Below are positions 7,752 to 18,200 of a stretch of DNA of 46,231 nt, one piece after another (within the stretch, counting starts at the first letter, position 1; every line of letters begins with the position of its first letter). Below the pieces are notes generated by a model, which had not been told where the DNA came from, searched no databases, and worked only from the letters and a program-made list of their open reading frames with translations. Made by a program: the position numbers and the translations under genes. The DNA comes from an uncultured Bacilli bacterium (lineage in GTDB: Bacteria; Bacillota_I; Bacilli_A; RF39; UBA660): NCBI GenBank assembly GCA_944358855.1, contig CALVSC010000003.1, forward strand, positions 1 through 46,231, read 5' to 3'.

Positions 7752-9539
7752 ATGAAATACGGAGGAAAAGCTGACTCATTATTGTATTTACAAGAAAATA
7801 AAATCTTAGTACCAGATTTTTTTATTATAACGAAAAATGACTATATTAATTTTTTAAAAAATAATGAAATCTATTCTAAAATAAAAATATTATTTGAAAA
7901 ACAAGAGTATAAGAAAATAAAAGAATTAATCCAACAACAAAATATAACAATAGACTTAAAGAAAAAAATAGAAGACAACACTCTAAAATTAAATAGTAAA
8001 TTTTACGCAGTACGATCTTCTGCTACTAACGAAGATGGTAAAACAAAATCTTTCGCTGGTCAATATGATAGTTTTTTAAATATTAGCAACGCCAATCTTT
8101 TTCAAAATATTAAAAATTGTTGGTGCTCATTATATAACGAAAATGTAATTCAATATAATAATAATTTTGATATATATGGAATGAATGTAATTGTTCAAAA
8201 AATGATAGAGCCGGACTACTCTGGTGTAATATTTTCTATAGATCCATCTTCTGAAACAAAAAATTATACAATTATTGAAATGGTAAAAGGATTAGGTGAG
8301 AAATTAGTTTCTGGAAAAGTAACTCCAACAAAATTTTTTGTAAGAAAACAAACGAATAGAGTGGATTTGAAAATAGGAGATATAGAAATAAAAAAAGAAA
8401 TAATAGACTCGTTAATAAACAACACTAAAAAAATAGAAAAAATATATAATAAACCAATGGATATAGAATATGCCATCACAAAAGATAATTGTTATATCGT
8501 ACAAGCAAGACCAATAACCGCAACATCACCACTAACCAAGACATTTGATTTATCATTAACTAGACAAAAATCAATTATCGATATAGAAATATATTATAAA
8601 GGAGAATATGAAGGAATTAAGTCTATAACTAGAAATTTATATTATTTTAAACCATTATTTATATACAACAAAGAGGAAAATAATGTATCTATTTATTATA
8701 ATGATATCGATTTAGAAGAATTACCAGAGCCTATGTATTATTATTTAGATTTAGATTTTACTAAAACTCTAAAATATTATGACAAATTAAAAAACAATAT
8801 CCAATATTTAGATAATATTATTGATAATAATAAAAAGATAGAATATAAAAAATATATAGAAAAAATAATTGAAATTTATCCTTTTACTAGTCTAGGTCAA
8901 CTAGCAGGGCACTTTAATGACATGACACAAAGAGTAAAAGATTTATTAGTTGAATTTCGAGAAAAATATGACTACATTATATATAAAGCAATAGATTATT
9001 TAGTATTAAAATTAAAAGAAAAACTACCAAAAGAATATCAAAATAATATTGATTTTCTAAAACTAGAAGAAATCATAAATAATAATTTACCAAGTATAAA
9101 AGACTTAGAAAAAAGAAAACAAGGATATATTTATTATAATGGTACTTTATATATAACAAATGATTATAATAAATTTTTCTATGACCAAAACATATCAATT
9201 GAAAGCTCAAAAACTAATCTATTATTAGGAACTTTTACTTATACTTCAGGAAAGAATATAAAGGGAAGAGTTTGTAAAATAATGAGTGATAAGGACTTTA
9301 TAGATTTCAAGGAAACAGACATCATTGTAACACCAATGACATCACCTAAGTTTTTGAGTATTTTAAAAAAATGTAAAGCAATTATTACAGATGAAGGTGG
9401 CATTACTTCTCATGCAGCCATTATTTCAAGGGAATTAAAAATACCGTGCCTAGTAGGTACAAAAGGAGCTACTAAAAGTTTAGTAACAGGAGATATTATT
9501 GAAATAACAACAAGAGGAGAGATTAAAAAAGTAGAATAA
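7752..9539 (+). CDS. PEP/pyruvate-binding (ATP-grasp) protein with C-terminal phospho-His swivel domain
   Basis: GGKA, AVRSSA..EDG...SFAGQYDS, GLGEKLVSG, DIEYA, QARPIT; C-terminal TDEGGITSHAAIISRE. Confidence 0.85.
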   Translation: MKYGGKADSLLYLQENKILVPDFFIITKNDYINFLKNNEIYSKIKILFEKQEYKKIKELIQQQNITIDLKKKIEDNTLKLNSKFYAVRSSATNEDGKTKSFAGQYDSFLNISNANLFQNIKNCWCSLYNENVIQYNNNFDIYGMNVIVQKMIEPDYSGVIFSIDPSSETKNYTIIEMVKGLGEKLVSGKVTPTKFFVRKQTNRVDLKIGDIEIKKEIIDSLINNTKKIEKIYNKPMDIEYAITKDNCYIVQARPITATSPLTKTFDLSLTRQKSIIDIEIYYKGEYEGIKSITRNLYYFKPLFIYNKEENNVSIYYNDIDLEELPEPMYYYLDLDFTKTLKYYDKLKNNIQYLDNIIDNNKKIEYKKYIEKIIEIYPFTSLGQLAGHFNDMTQRVKDLLVEFREKYDYIIYKAIDYLVLKLKEKLPKEYQNNIDFLKLEEIINNNLPSIKDLEKRKQGYIYYNGTLYITNDYNKFFYDQNISIESSKTNLLLGTFTYTSGKNIKGRVCKIMSDKDFIDFKETDIIVTPMTSPKFLSILKKCKAIITDEGGITSHAAIISRELKIPCLVGTKGATKSLVTGDIIEITTRGEIKKVE

Positions 9540-9605
9540 TACTTCAATAATTTAAGAAGTTATGATATTATAAAAACGTTGATAAAAAAGGATAGGGTGT
9601 GGAGT

Positions 9606-10325
9606 ATGAATTTTAAAATAAATGAATTTGAAGGACCACTAGATTTATTACTTCATTTAATTAAAGAAAATAAAATGGATATAATGAACATTGAAATAGA
9701 ACAAATCACAGAACAATATATTTCTTATTTAAATGAACAAGAAAAAATGAATTTAGAAATTGCTAGTGAATACTTAGTAATGGCATCAGAACTAATAGAA
9801 ATAAAATCCAAATTATTACTTCCAAACCCTAAACTAGATACAGAAAATGAAGAAGAAATAGATCCAAGACAAGACTTAGTAAATAGACTTTTAGAATACC
9901 AAGCTTATAAAGAAATAACCAAGGTATTAAAAGAAAAAGAAGAATTACGAAAAGAAATATATACAAAGTCTCCAGAAAGTGTTAAAAATTATGTAGAAGA
10001 GGATGTAAAACTTTCTTCTGATATAACATTAGATGATTTAATAGAAGCTTTTAAAAAATATTTAGAAAGGAAAAAAGAATCAAAGCCACTTAAGACAAAA
10101 GTAACAACGAATGAAATAAGTGTTTCTTCTCGTCGATTAGAGATTAAAAGTATTTTAAAAAAGAAACCCAAGGTATCTTTTTTTGAATTATTTCCAGTAT
10201 TAAATAAAGAATATATTGTCGCAACTTTTCTAGCTATTTTAGAAATGGCTAAAAATAAAGAATTAAGAATTACCCAAGAAAAGAATTTTGATGATATTAT
10301 ATGTGAGGTGCCAGATGAAAAATAA
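9606..10325 (+). CDS. scpA: Segregation and condensation protein A
   Basis: FEGPLDLLLHLI, KSKLLLP, TFLAILEM motifs. Confidence 0.95.
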   Translation: MNFKINEFEGPLDLLLHLIKENKMDIMNIEIEQITEQYISYLNEQEKMNLEIASEYLVMASELIEIKSKLLLPNPKLDTENEEEIDPRQDLVNRLLEYQAYKEITKVLKEKEELRKEIYTKSPESVKNYVEEDVKLSSDITLDDLIEAFKKYLERKKESKPLKTKVTTNEISVSSRRLEIKSILKKKPKVSFFELFPVLNKEYIVATFLAILEMAKNKELRITQEKNFDDIICEVPDEK

Positions 10326-10893
10326 AGCAGTTTTAGAAGGATTATTATTTGTAGTAGGAGAGGATGGACTAACTCTTGATCAAATAGCTGAAGTATTAGA
10401 GATATCAGAAGAAGAAGTGAAAGAACTAGTTCAAGACCTAAAACATAGTTATGAAAATGAAGATAGAGGATTAAGAATAGATTATTTAGGGAATCGTTTA
10501 AAGTTAACAACAAAATTTGAACATAGAGAATATTATCAAAAACTATTAGAAAATCCAGAAACGAATATTTTAAGTCAAGCGGCACTAGAAACCCTAGCAA
10601 TCATCGCTTATAATGAACCTATAACCAGAGTAGAAGTGGATAAGATTCGTGGTGTCAGTAGTAGTCAAATGATTAGAAAACTAGTGGCAAAAGGATTAAT
10701 TAAAGAATCGGGAAGAAGTGATTTGCCAGGAAGACCAATTCTTTATGAAACAACAAATGAATTTTTAGATTACTTTGGACTAAAAAGCATAGAAGAATTA
10801 CCAGATATGGAAAAATATATTGAAGCAGCAGAAGAAGATGTAACAGAGGAAACAGATTTATATACATCAAAATATAAAGAAGAACAAGAATAA
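10315..10893 (+). CDS. scpB: Segregation and condensation protein B
   Basis: LSQAALETLAIIAY.EPITR.EVDKIRGV, GRPILYETT.EFLDYFGL motifs. Confidence 0.95.
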   Translation: MKNKAVLEGLLFVVGEDGLTLDQIAEVLEISEEEVKELVQDLKHSYENEDRGLRIDYLGNRLKLTTKFEHREYYQKLLENPETNILSQAALETLAIIAYNEPITRVEVDKIRGVSSSQMIRKLVAKGLIKESGRSDLPGRPILYETTNEFLDYFGLKSIEELPDMEKYIEAAEEDVTEETDLYTSKYKEEQE

Positions 10894-10894
10894 C

Positions 10895-10928
10895 AAAAGA
10901 CCTAGTAAAATTTTTTACCAGGTCTTTT
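10895..10928. terminator. Probable bidirectional terminator
   Basis: AAAAGACCTAGTAAAA / TTTTACCAGGTCTTTT inverted repeat between convergent genes. Confidence 0.6.
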
Positions 10929-11357
10929 TAACATTTCCTCATAAACTTCTCCAAGACTAACTTCTGTTGTTTCATAATTGGAAAAATCCGGGATAACAAC
11001 ATGCATGGTATATTGAGAAGAAATAGTAGAATATAAATCGATAATAGTTGGTAGCTGTTTATCTGTTAATTTATTTAACGGAGGAATGAATAAGTAACCA
11101 TCACTATATTTTCTATCTCCAGAAGTACATCCTTGATAAGGAAGAATATTAAAATCATTAATTAAAATATCCATTAATACTGTCAAATTATTTTCTTTAT
11201 CAATATCTATCGCATCCATTCCTACCTTACAATATTCTTCTTTAAGAATTCTTTGATAAAAAGGTGCGTGATTTTCTTCTTTTTCTCTCATAACTTCAAT
11301 TCTACCATTTGGCATAACAACCAGTCCTGGAGTAAAAGGATTAATATCTTTTTTCAT
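10902..11357 (-). CDS. Hypothetical protein
   Basis: 151-aa ORF with plausible SD (AAGGG) and no competing ORF; no family recognised. Confidence 0.65.
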   Translation of the reverse strand: MKKDINPFTPGLVVMPNGRIEVMREKEENHAPFYQRILKEEYCKVGMDAIDIDKENNLTVLMDILINDFNILPYQGCTSGDRKYSDGYLFIPPLNKLTDKQLPTIIDLYSTISSQYTMHVVIPDFSNYETTEVSLGEVYEEMLKRPGKKFY

Positions 11358-11410
11358 CTATAACACATCCCTTAAATATTATAACACTCAAAACTAACAA
11401 TAATAAATAT

Positions 11411-11437
11411 AAAAAAACTTGAACATAAAGTTCAAGT
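11411..11437 (-). terminator. Terminator after tRNA-Leu
   Basis: ACTTGAAC-ataaa-GTTCAAGT hairpin with a T run on the minus strand. Confidence 0.75.
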
Positions 11438-11448
11438 GATTATTAATT

Positions 11449-11535
11449 TGGTGCCTGTGGTCGGACTCGAACCGACACGTTATCGCTAACACTGGATTTT
11501 GAGTCCAGCGCGTCTACCAATTCCGCCACACAGGC
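11449..11535 (-). tRNA. tRNA-Leu (anticodon CAA)
   Basis: Minus strand GCCTGTG...CACAGGC-A-CCA acceptor, D loop GGAATTGGTAGAC, anticodon arm CTGGA-CTCAAAA-TCCAG, long variable arm, GGTTCGAGTCC T loop. Confidence 0.97.
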
Positions 11536-11608
11536 ATTACATATTAGATTATACCATATATTTTTTTATTTTCCAGCATTTTTTGATATAATTATCTCGG
11601 GTGGTAAT

Positions 11609-12682
11609 ATGAAAACATTAACAATTTTAATGGACAGTAGAGGTACCAAAGATTTAGAAACCTATCTTTTAACCGTAAATGGAGTAAAAGATATTAATAT
11701 AAAAAATGAAAATGATTTAGAAATAACTATAAATTATAACTCTAATATAATAAGTGCCAAAACAATAAAAATGGAAATAGACTTATTCTTTAATAACAAA
11801 ACAGCCTCTTTACTAGCCTTTGATAAACATGCTGGAATAAAGACCAAAAGATATCAAATAACAAAAACCGATATTTGTTGTGAATATTGTTTTAGAGGTA
11901 TGATAGATGAATTATTTGAAACAGATGGAGTAGAAAAAGTAGAAAGTAATTTTGATATAGAAAAATATAATTATGGAGACCCTATTACAATAACCATCGA
12001 CTATGATCCTAATATAATAAAGGATAAAGATTTAAAACGATTAATTGAATCAAGTGATGATACAACAATCTATTTAATAAGACATTCTAAACCATTAGAG
12101 GTGAACTATACTGATACAAAAGACAATTTACAATGTCAAAATGAAAAGAAACCATTATCAATAGAAGGAGAAGTAATTGCGAAAGAAAAATTAAACCTAG
12201 ATATTTTTAATAATATAGATATAGTATACTCATCAAACTATGTAAGAGCTATTTCTACTGCGAAATATCTAGCCGAAAGAAATCATTTAGAAATTAATAT
12301 CATGGATGATTTAGGAGAAAGAAAGTTTGGAATTACTTCCTGGAAAGAAAAACCAAAAGACTTTGAAAGGAAACAATTTCTAGATGAAAATTATAAAATA
12401 GGAGAAGGAGAGAGTCAAAAAGAAGTAAAAGAACGAATGACTTCCGCAATTACTAAAATCCAGAATGAAAATAAAGGCAAAAATATTGCCATATTCACAC
12501 ATGGAACAGCCATTTCCTATTTATTAAAAAATTGGTGTGATATAAAAATAATAGAAGATAAATTAAACTATTCTTATAAGGGTAAAGAAATATTAAACGG
12601 CCATTTTGACTATTGTGAAATAATAAAATTAGACTTTGATGACCATAACAAAATTAAAAATATAGAAAGAATAGCTAGATAG
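11609..12682 (+). CDS. Fusion: HMA/ferredoxin-like N-terminal domains plus histidine phosphatase (PGM family)
   Basis: N-terminal GV(K/E)..V...I.YD/N repeats with CCEYC; C-terminal YLIRHS, SS.Y.RA..TA, L.ER.FG, GES, FTHG. Confidence 0.75.
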   Translation: MKTLTILMDSRGTKDLETYLLTVNGVKDINIKNENDLEITINYNSNIISAKTIKMEIDLFFNNKTASLLAFDKHAGIKTKRYQITKTDICCEYCFRGMIDELFETDGVEKVESNFDIEKYNYGDPITITIDYDPNIIKDKDLKRLIESSDDTTIYLIRHSKPLEVNYTDTKDNLQCQNEKKPLSIEGEVIAKEKLNLDIFNNIDIVYSSNYVRAISTAKYLAERNHLEINIMDDLGERKFGITSWKEKPKDFERKQFLDENYKIGEGESQKEVKERMTSAITKIQNENKGKNIAIFTHGTAISYLLKNWCDIKIIEDKLNYSYKGKEILNGHFDYCEIIKLDFDDHNKIKNIERIAR

Positions 12683-12691
12683 GATAAAAAT

Positions 12692-13171
12692 ATGTCAAAA
12701 ATTAGTAATGTTTTAACGATGATTGAATATTTAAGTACAGGTAGAAAATATACGATAAAAGAATTATCTGACAAACTAGAAGTATCACCAAGAATGATAA
12801 GAGTATATAAAGACGAAATTGAAAAAGCTGGTATTTATATTGACACAATAAAAGGGCCTTATGGAGGATATGTATTAAATCAAAATATTAAAGTACCTAA
12901 AAGATTTATTACCCCTCAAGAAATTAATATAGAAAATAAAGAGTTTTTTAACCAGATAAATAGAGCTATCAAAGAAAAAAGAAAATGTTGGATTTCTTAT
13001 TATTCTAAAAACCGAAAAGGTATCTCAGATAGAATTATTCATCCTTATGATTTAATATTATTAGGAAATGAATGGGGCGTTGCTGCATACTGTGAATCGA
13101 AAGAAGAAATAAGGCATTTTTATATTAATAGAATAAAAGAAATAAAAATATTAGAAGAAAAATTTAACTGA
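12692..13171 (+). CDS. Short HTH-WYL transcriptional regulator
   Basis: wHTH (IKELSDKLEVSPRMIRVY..EI...G...GPYGGY) plus WYL core (RIIHPYDL...W..AAYC...EEIRHFYINRI). Confidence 0.85.
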   Translation: MSKISNVLTMIEYLSTGRKYTIKELSDKLEVSPRMIRVYKDEIEKAGIYIDTIKGPYGGYVLNQNIKVPKRFITPQEINIENKEFFNQINRAIKEKRKCWISYYSKNRKGISDRIIHPYDLILLGNEWGVAAYCESKEEIRHFYINRIKEIKILEEKFN

Positions 13172-13226
13172 CAGATATATTACCTCTTCTTTTGCTAACA
13201 TGAAGTTAGAAAGGAAGAGTTTTTTT

Positions 13227-14198
13227 ATGATAGAAAAAATGGATGTAAACTTTAATAGACTTCCAGAAAGACTATTAAAAGTAAATGAAAATGAAAATAA
13301 TTATGAAGAAATGAAAAGACTACTAGAGAAACTAGTAGCAAAAGAAGAACCAATATTAGTGGTCGCAACAGGAGGATCAAAAGTAGTTGCTTATTACTTA
13401 GAATATATATTAAAAAGATTAGATAGTAATATTATATGTAAAGTAATAGAACCAAGAGATTATTTTTATGAGGTAAATAGGGGATATAAAAAACTAGTTG
13501 CAATATCAGCTAGTGGAAATACGAATGGCATAAAAGAAATTTTAACACTATTTCCAGGCGACAAGTATTTAATAAGTGAAAAAGAAAAAGAAGGTTATGA
13601 AACAATTAGCTGGAAAAAATCTTTACCTGAAAAAGAAAACAGTTTTATCTCTTTATTAACATCACTTGCACCTATCACATTAATGTTAGATTCTGTAGTA
13701 GATGATTCAATAGAAGAAATTAATGACCAATTAAGAGAGTTGATTAATCATAGTAAAAGACGTTTAGAACAAGAAAGTTTTGCAGATAAATCACTTTTTC
13801 AAATAATATCAGGAATAGATACAAAACCATCAGCAGGAGTACTAGAATCTAATTTAGTAGAGTCAGGTATTGGAATACCAGTCGTTCATGATAAAGGGTC
13901 ATTTTGTCATGGTAGAAGTAATTTGTTATATCAATATCCAAACAGTCAAGTAATATATCTAACCCATGAAAATAGTGAATTAGACACTTTATTACTAGAA
14001 CTTCTAACTTCAGAATATCAAAACGTTTCTACTTTTTCTCCGATGACAACCAATCCCTATTGGCAAGAATATGAATTAATATTACAAATGTATTACTTAT
14101 CCCAAAAAATTGCCGAAGATAAAGATATGGATTTAACAAAACCAAACTATAATCCCAAAATGGTAAAAACTCTATATAAATACCGAGGTAATTTATAA
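13227..14198 (+). CDS. SIS-domain (sugar isomerase/binding) protein
   Basis: VATGGS, AISASGNT and FCHG motifs of tandem SIS domains. Confidence 0.7.
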   Translation: MIEKMDVNFNRLPERLLKVNENENNYEEMKRLLEKLVAKEEPILVVATGGSKVVAYYLEYILKRLDSNIICKVIEPRDYFYEVNRGYKKLVAISASGNTNGIKEILTLFPGDKYLISEKEKEGYETISWKKSLPEKENSFISLLTSLAPITLMLDSVVDDSIEEINDQLRELINHSKRRLEQESFADKSLFQIISGIDTKPSAGVLESNLVESGIGIPVVHDKGSFCHGRSNLLYQYPNSQVIYLTHENSELDTLLLELLTSEYQNVSTFSPMTTNPYWQEYELILQMYYLSQKIAEDKDMDLTKPNYNPKMVKTLYKYRGNL

Positions 14199-14252
14199 TA
14201 ATAGACACCAAAAAAGAATGATGTTATAATAACAGCAATTGAGGTGAAGCGT

Positions 14253-15221
14253 ATGCTATTTAGAAAAAAGAAAGAACAAACAGAATTAGTAAGTCTTGAT
14301 GATAAAATAGATGAATTTATAGATTCCTATCAAAAAGTAATTGCCAATGAGACGTTACCATTATTATCAGCAAGAGAAGTTAGAAACTTAATTGAAAAAG
14401 TTGCTACTTGGTATGAATTAAGATATCCAGATTACGAGGTGAATAAAGTTTTACCATTTCATCTATTTGATAATACAAATATAGATGAAGTAACATTTAA
14501 AGATAATCCCAATTATAACGGTCCAATGAATAGTTGGAAAGACTTTTATAACTTTGATACCTTTACGGAACAACAACCCCTAATAGAAAGATTATATTTA
14601 TCAGAAATACCATATCCTTCTATTGTGTATTTAGATACAGAAAAAACTTATTTAAATCCTGAGACAGGAAAACAGATAAAAAAAACGCCTTGTGCTCATC
14701 TACATCTAACAAAAGATGGTGTGGTGGAAGATGCAGAGTTTTTATACACTTTAACACCTAGAACAAAAGTCTTACCACAAGAATTATGTGGAAAGAAATT
14801 AGAAGATGCGGTTTCCTATTTGGAACAAAAGGGAATCGAAATGTCACCATACTCTGAGGCAAACAGAGCGATAAAACAAAGAGAAATATTAGACATGGCA
14901 AGAGACGGTATCCTAGATTGTGCCATGTATGAAATAATCGAAAGAGGCGGTTCTAAAGTAGGACCAAGAAGAGGTTTAATGTTTGCAACCGAGTTTGGAA
15001 GAAATATAGATATACCAATGCAATATGGAATTGACTATCAAGATATTACGGCTTTAGATAATTTAATCACTTCATACCTTTCCTTGGGAGGTCATGAAGA
15101 TCTAATGTGCTATGAAGGATATTTTTATCAACCAAAGGGAAGTGAGTTAAACAAAACATCACTTTCTAGTACCATTAAACTATTATCACCAACAATACCT
15201 AATCCGGAAAAGAAACTGTAA
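14253..15221 (+). CDS. Hypothetical protein
   Basis: ~320-aa ORF with SD GAGGTG and TGTTATAAT promoter upstream; no family recognised. Confidence 0.7.
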   Translation: MLFRKKKEQTELVSLDDKIDEFIDSYQKVIANETLPLLSAREVRNLIEKVATWYELRYPDYEVNKVLPFHLFDNTNIDEVTFKDNPNYNGPMNSWKDFYNFDTFTEQQPLIERLYLSEIPYPSIVYLDTEKTYLNPETGKQIKKTPCAHLHLTKDGVVEDAEFLYTLTPRTKVLPQELCGKKLEDAVSYLEQKGIEMSPYSEANRAIKQREILDMARDGILDCAMYEIIERGGSKVGPRRGLMFATEFGRNIDIPMQYGIDYQDITALDNLITSYLSLGGHEDLMCYEGYFYQPKGSELNKTSLSSTIKLLSPTIPNPEKKL

Positions 15222-15237
15222 TTTTACAGTTTTTTTT
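15213..15237 (+). terminator. Rho-independent terminator
   Basis: AAACTGTAA-tt-TTACAGTTT followed by a T run. Confidence 0.7.
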
Positions 15238-15283
15238 CTTTTTGAAATTATGATATAATGAAAAAAATAAAGGTAGTGAGAGT

Positions 15284-18200
15284 ATGAATGAAGAGAGAAT
15301 GTCACGTATAGAAAACTATATTAATGACTTGATTAATCAATATGCCTCATCTGGTATAACGCTATCTCCAGCTTTAAAAGAAAGACTAATAAATAGTTAT
15401 CGTTCTAGCAATGCTTCTATAAATGAAATAGAAGAAAAAATTAGTGAAACAATAGAAAGATTCATCAAAGAAACTATGAAAGTAAAACATGGAGAAACCA
15501 CTTTAAAAGAAGAAAATGGAAAAGAATTATCTCATTTAGATGTAAGATATCAAGGAATTACCCTAAATATTCAAGATATAGAATTAATACAAATAGTAGA
15601 TGCAAAATCTCCAGAAGAATTAAAAAAAGTAATTGCTGAAATACCAAGAATAAAAGATGAAAACTTTGACTTTACGCAAGATTTAGAAACAGTAATAGAA
15701 GATGTTTTTAACAAATATCAAGATACATTACTATCTAAAAGAGAAGTATTAGAAAACCCAGGATTAGAACTACAAAGAAAAATAGAATTATTTATGTCAT
15801 CTTCCGATGCCTCACCAGAAGTAAAAGAAAAAATAAGACCAATTATTGAACAAGAAACAACAAAAGAAGAAATTATAAAAAAAATAGAAGCTACCTTAAC
15901 CGAAGAAGAACAACATGAATCGTATGGAATAATTAATAACTTAGTAGTAGTAGAAAAAGAAGGAATAAAAAAGACAAATATAGAAGCTGTAAGAAATCTT
16001 TTAGAACAAGTAAGAGCAAAAGATTCGATTACTTTAGATGATGTTGGTAAATATAGTAGTTTAGCTTTAGAAGATGGTACGCTTGATTTTACCAAACTAC
16101 AAAAGGCGTTGGAATTTGCTAAAAAAGAAGGAAAAGAAGTACGACTAAATGCTTTAATATTCTATATGGATTGTCCAGATAAATTTTATCAACTAGAACA
16201 AAATGAAAAAAACCATGATATTGTAAAAAAAGCTTTAATGGATTATGTAGACCAAACAACAAGATTTATAAAAGAAAACGGATATGAAGATACAGTAAGA
16301 AGTATAGATGTGTTTAATGAATTATTAAATCGTTTTGCTATGGAAAAAGAACCATTCTATGAATATCGAGGAGATATTACTCCACCAAGAACAAACGATA
16401 ACGAAATAGCTGGTTGGCATAAGCATCTAACCATAGAAGACTTATGTGATGTCATAAGCGTAGCTAGAAAAAATCTTCCTAATACGGATTTTATGTATAA
16501 TGATGATAATATACTTGACCCTAAAAAATGGGATGGGACACGACAGTTATTAACAAAAATAAGAGACTATGAAAAAGCACATGATATAAAACTAATAGAT
16601 AGTATTGGAACTCAAATGCATATTAATGATGAAGTAACTGGAAAAGACATAAAAGAAATGTTTCACTTCTTAAACGAATTTCATCTTCCAGTAGAAATTA
16701 CAGAATTTGATTTAGCCATGACTCATAAAATAGATATATTTTCAGGAAAGACTTTAGAAATATTAAGACAACAACAACTAAATGAAATATATAAAGTATT
16801 AGAACAAGAAGCTAATTTAAGAGGTTTTACAATTTGGAGTAAAACAGATAACGATAATTTTAGACTAACTTTAGAAAATGAAAGAAGAAAAAAAGTAGGG
16901 GAACCTCTAATAGACACTTTATATGGTGGATATTATACCAATAATTATGAAGAAAAAAGTAAAGCTCTCAGCAAAAGTTTAAATCGTCAAAACTTTAATT
17001 ATCATACCCATACGAATCGTTGTGGTCATGCTAGTATAGCGAAAGATGAAGAATATGTAAAAGCTTGTAAAGAAAGTGGTATAACCCAATTAGGTTTTTC
17101 AGACCATATTCCCTTTACTTCTATAGAATATCCTAACCCTAAACTGAGAATGTCAATAGATTCCTTAGACGAATATCTTTTTTCTATAAGAAGGTTACAA
17201 CAAGAAAATAGTGATATCAACATACTATGTGGCCTAGAAAGTGAGTATGAAGAAAATAAATTATCTTATTTAAATGAAGTAAGAGATAGATTGGACTACA
17301 TGATATTAGGTCAACACTTTGTAACGAAAGATGGAAAAAAGGTAAAGAAAGAAACACCAGAATATCCAATAGAATATGCCAAAAGTGTTTGTGAAGCAAT
17401 GGAAACAGGAATTTATGATATTGTAGCGCATCCTGATATCTTTATGGAAGGAAGAGAAAAATTAGAGGGAGAAGAGCAACAGGAATTTGATAAGAATGCT
17501 TTAATTGCTTCTAGAATGATATGTGAACAAGCAAAACGCCTACAAATCCCTTTAGAATTAAATCTAGCTGGAATTATAATGGATAAACCATATCCAGATA
17601 AAAGTTTCTGGGCAATCGCTAAAGAGTATCAAGTACCTGTTTTATATGGAGTTGATGCCCATGATCCCAACCAGATAAGAATGTATCAAGAAACAATAGA
17701 GCAATTAGAATCAAGAATTAATGTAGATAATCTAAACTTTTTACCAAGTACTTATAATCCAAAAGAAAGTAGAAAAGAAAACGGACTAGAAGAAAGAAGA
17801 CAACAAACAAGAGAAAACTTTCCTAGTTTTGAAGCATTAACAGTAAAAAGGATTGTAACTCAGGCCTTAAATAGTGAGGGAGAACTTCCATTAGATGAAA
17901 AAATAACACAAAGAATAGAACAACTACAACAAAAAGAACAACAACAACTAGAAATGGCCATTAGTAAAGTAGAAGAAAAGATATCAGAAACAACACAAGC
18001 AAAAGATAAAACACCAAGTGAAAAAGCATTTTTATTAAATCAAGCGAAGACCACCATAAGAGCAATTAAAAATGCCTCAACGACAAGAAGTTCTTTAATG
18101 CGTGAAACACTAGCTAATACGCAACAAGCAAAAGAAGAAGGTTGTAGAACCAAAGAAGAATATATAGAAAGAATTACTTCTTTAACAGAAAATAGTAGAA

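Noticed and set aside
7752-9539. Calling this ppsA or rph
   Set aside because: It lacks the C-terminal pyruvate-binding barrel of PEP synthase and is much shorter than RPH.
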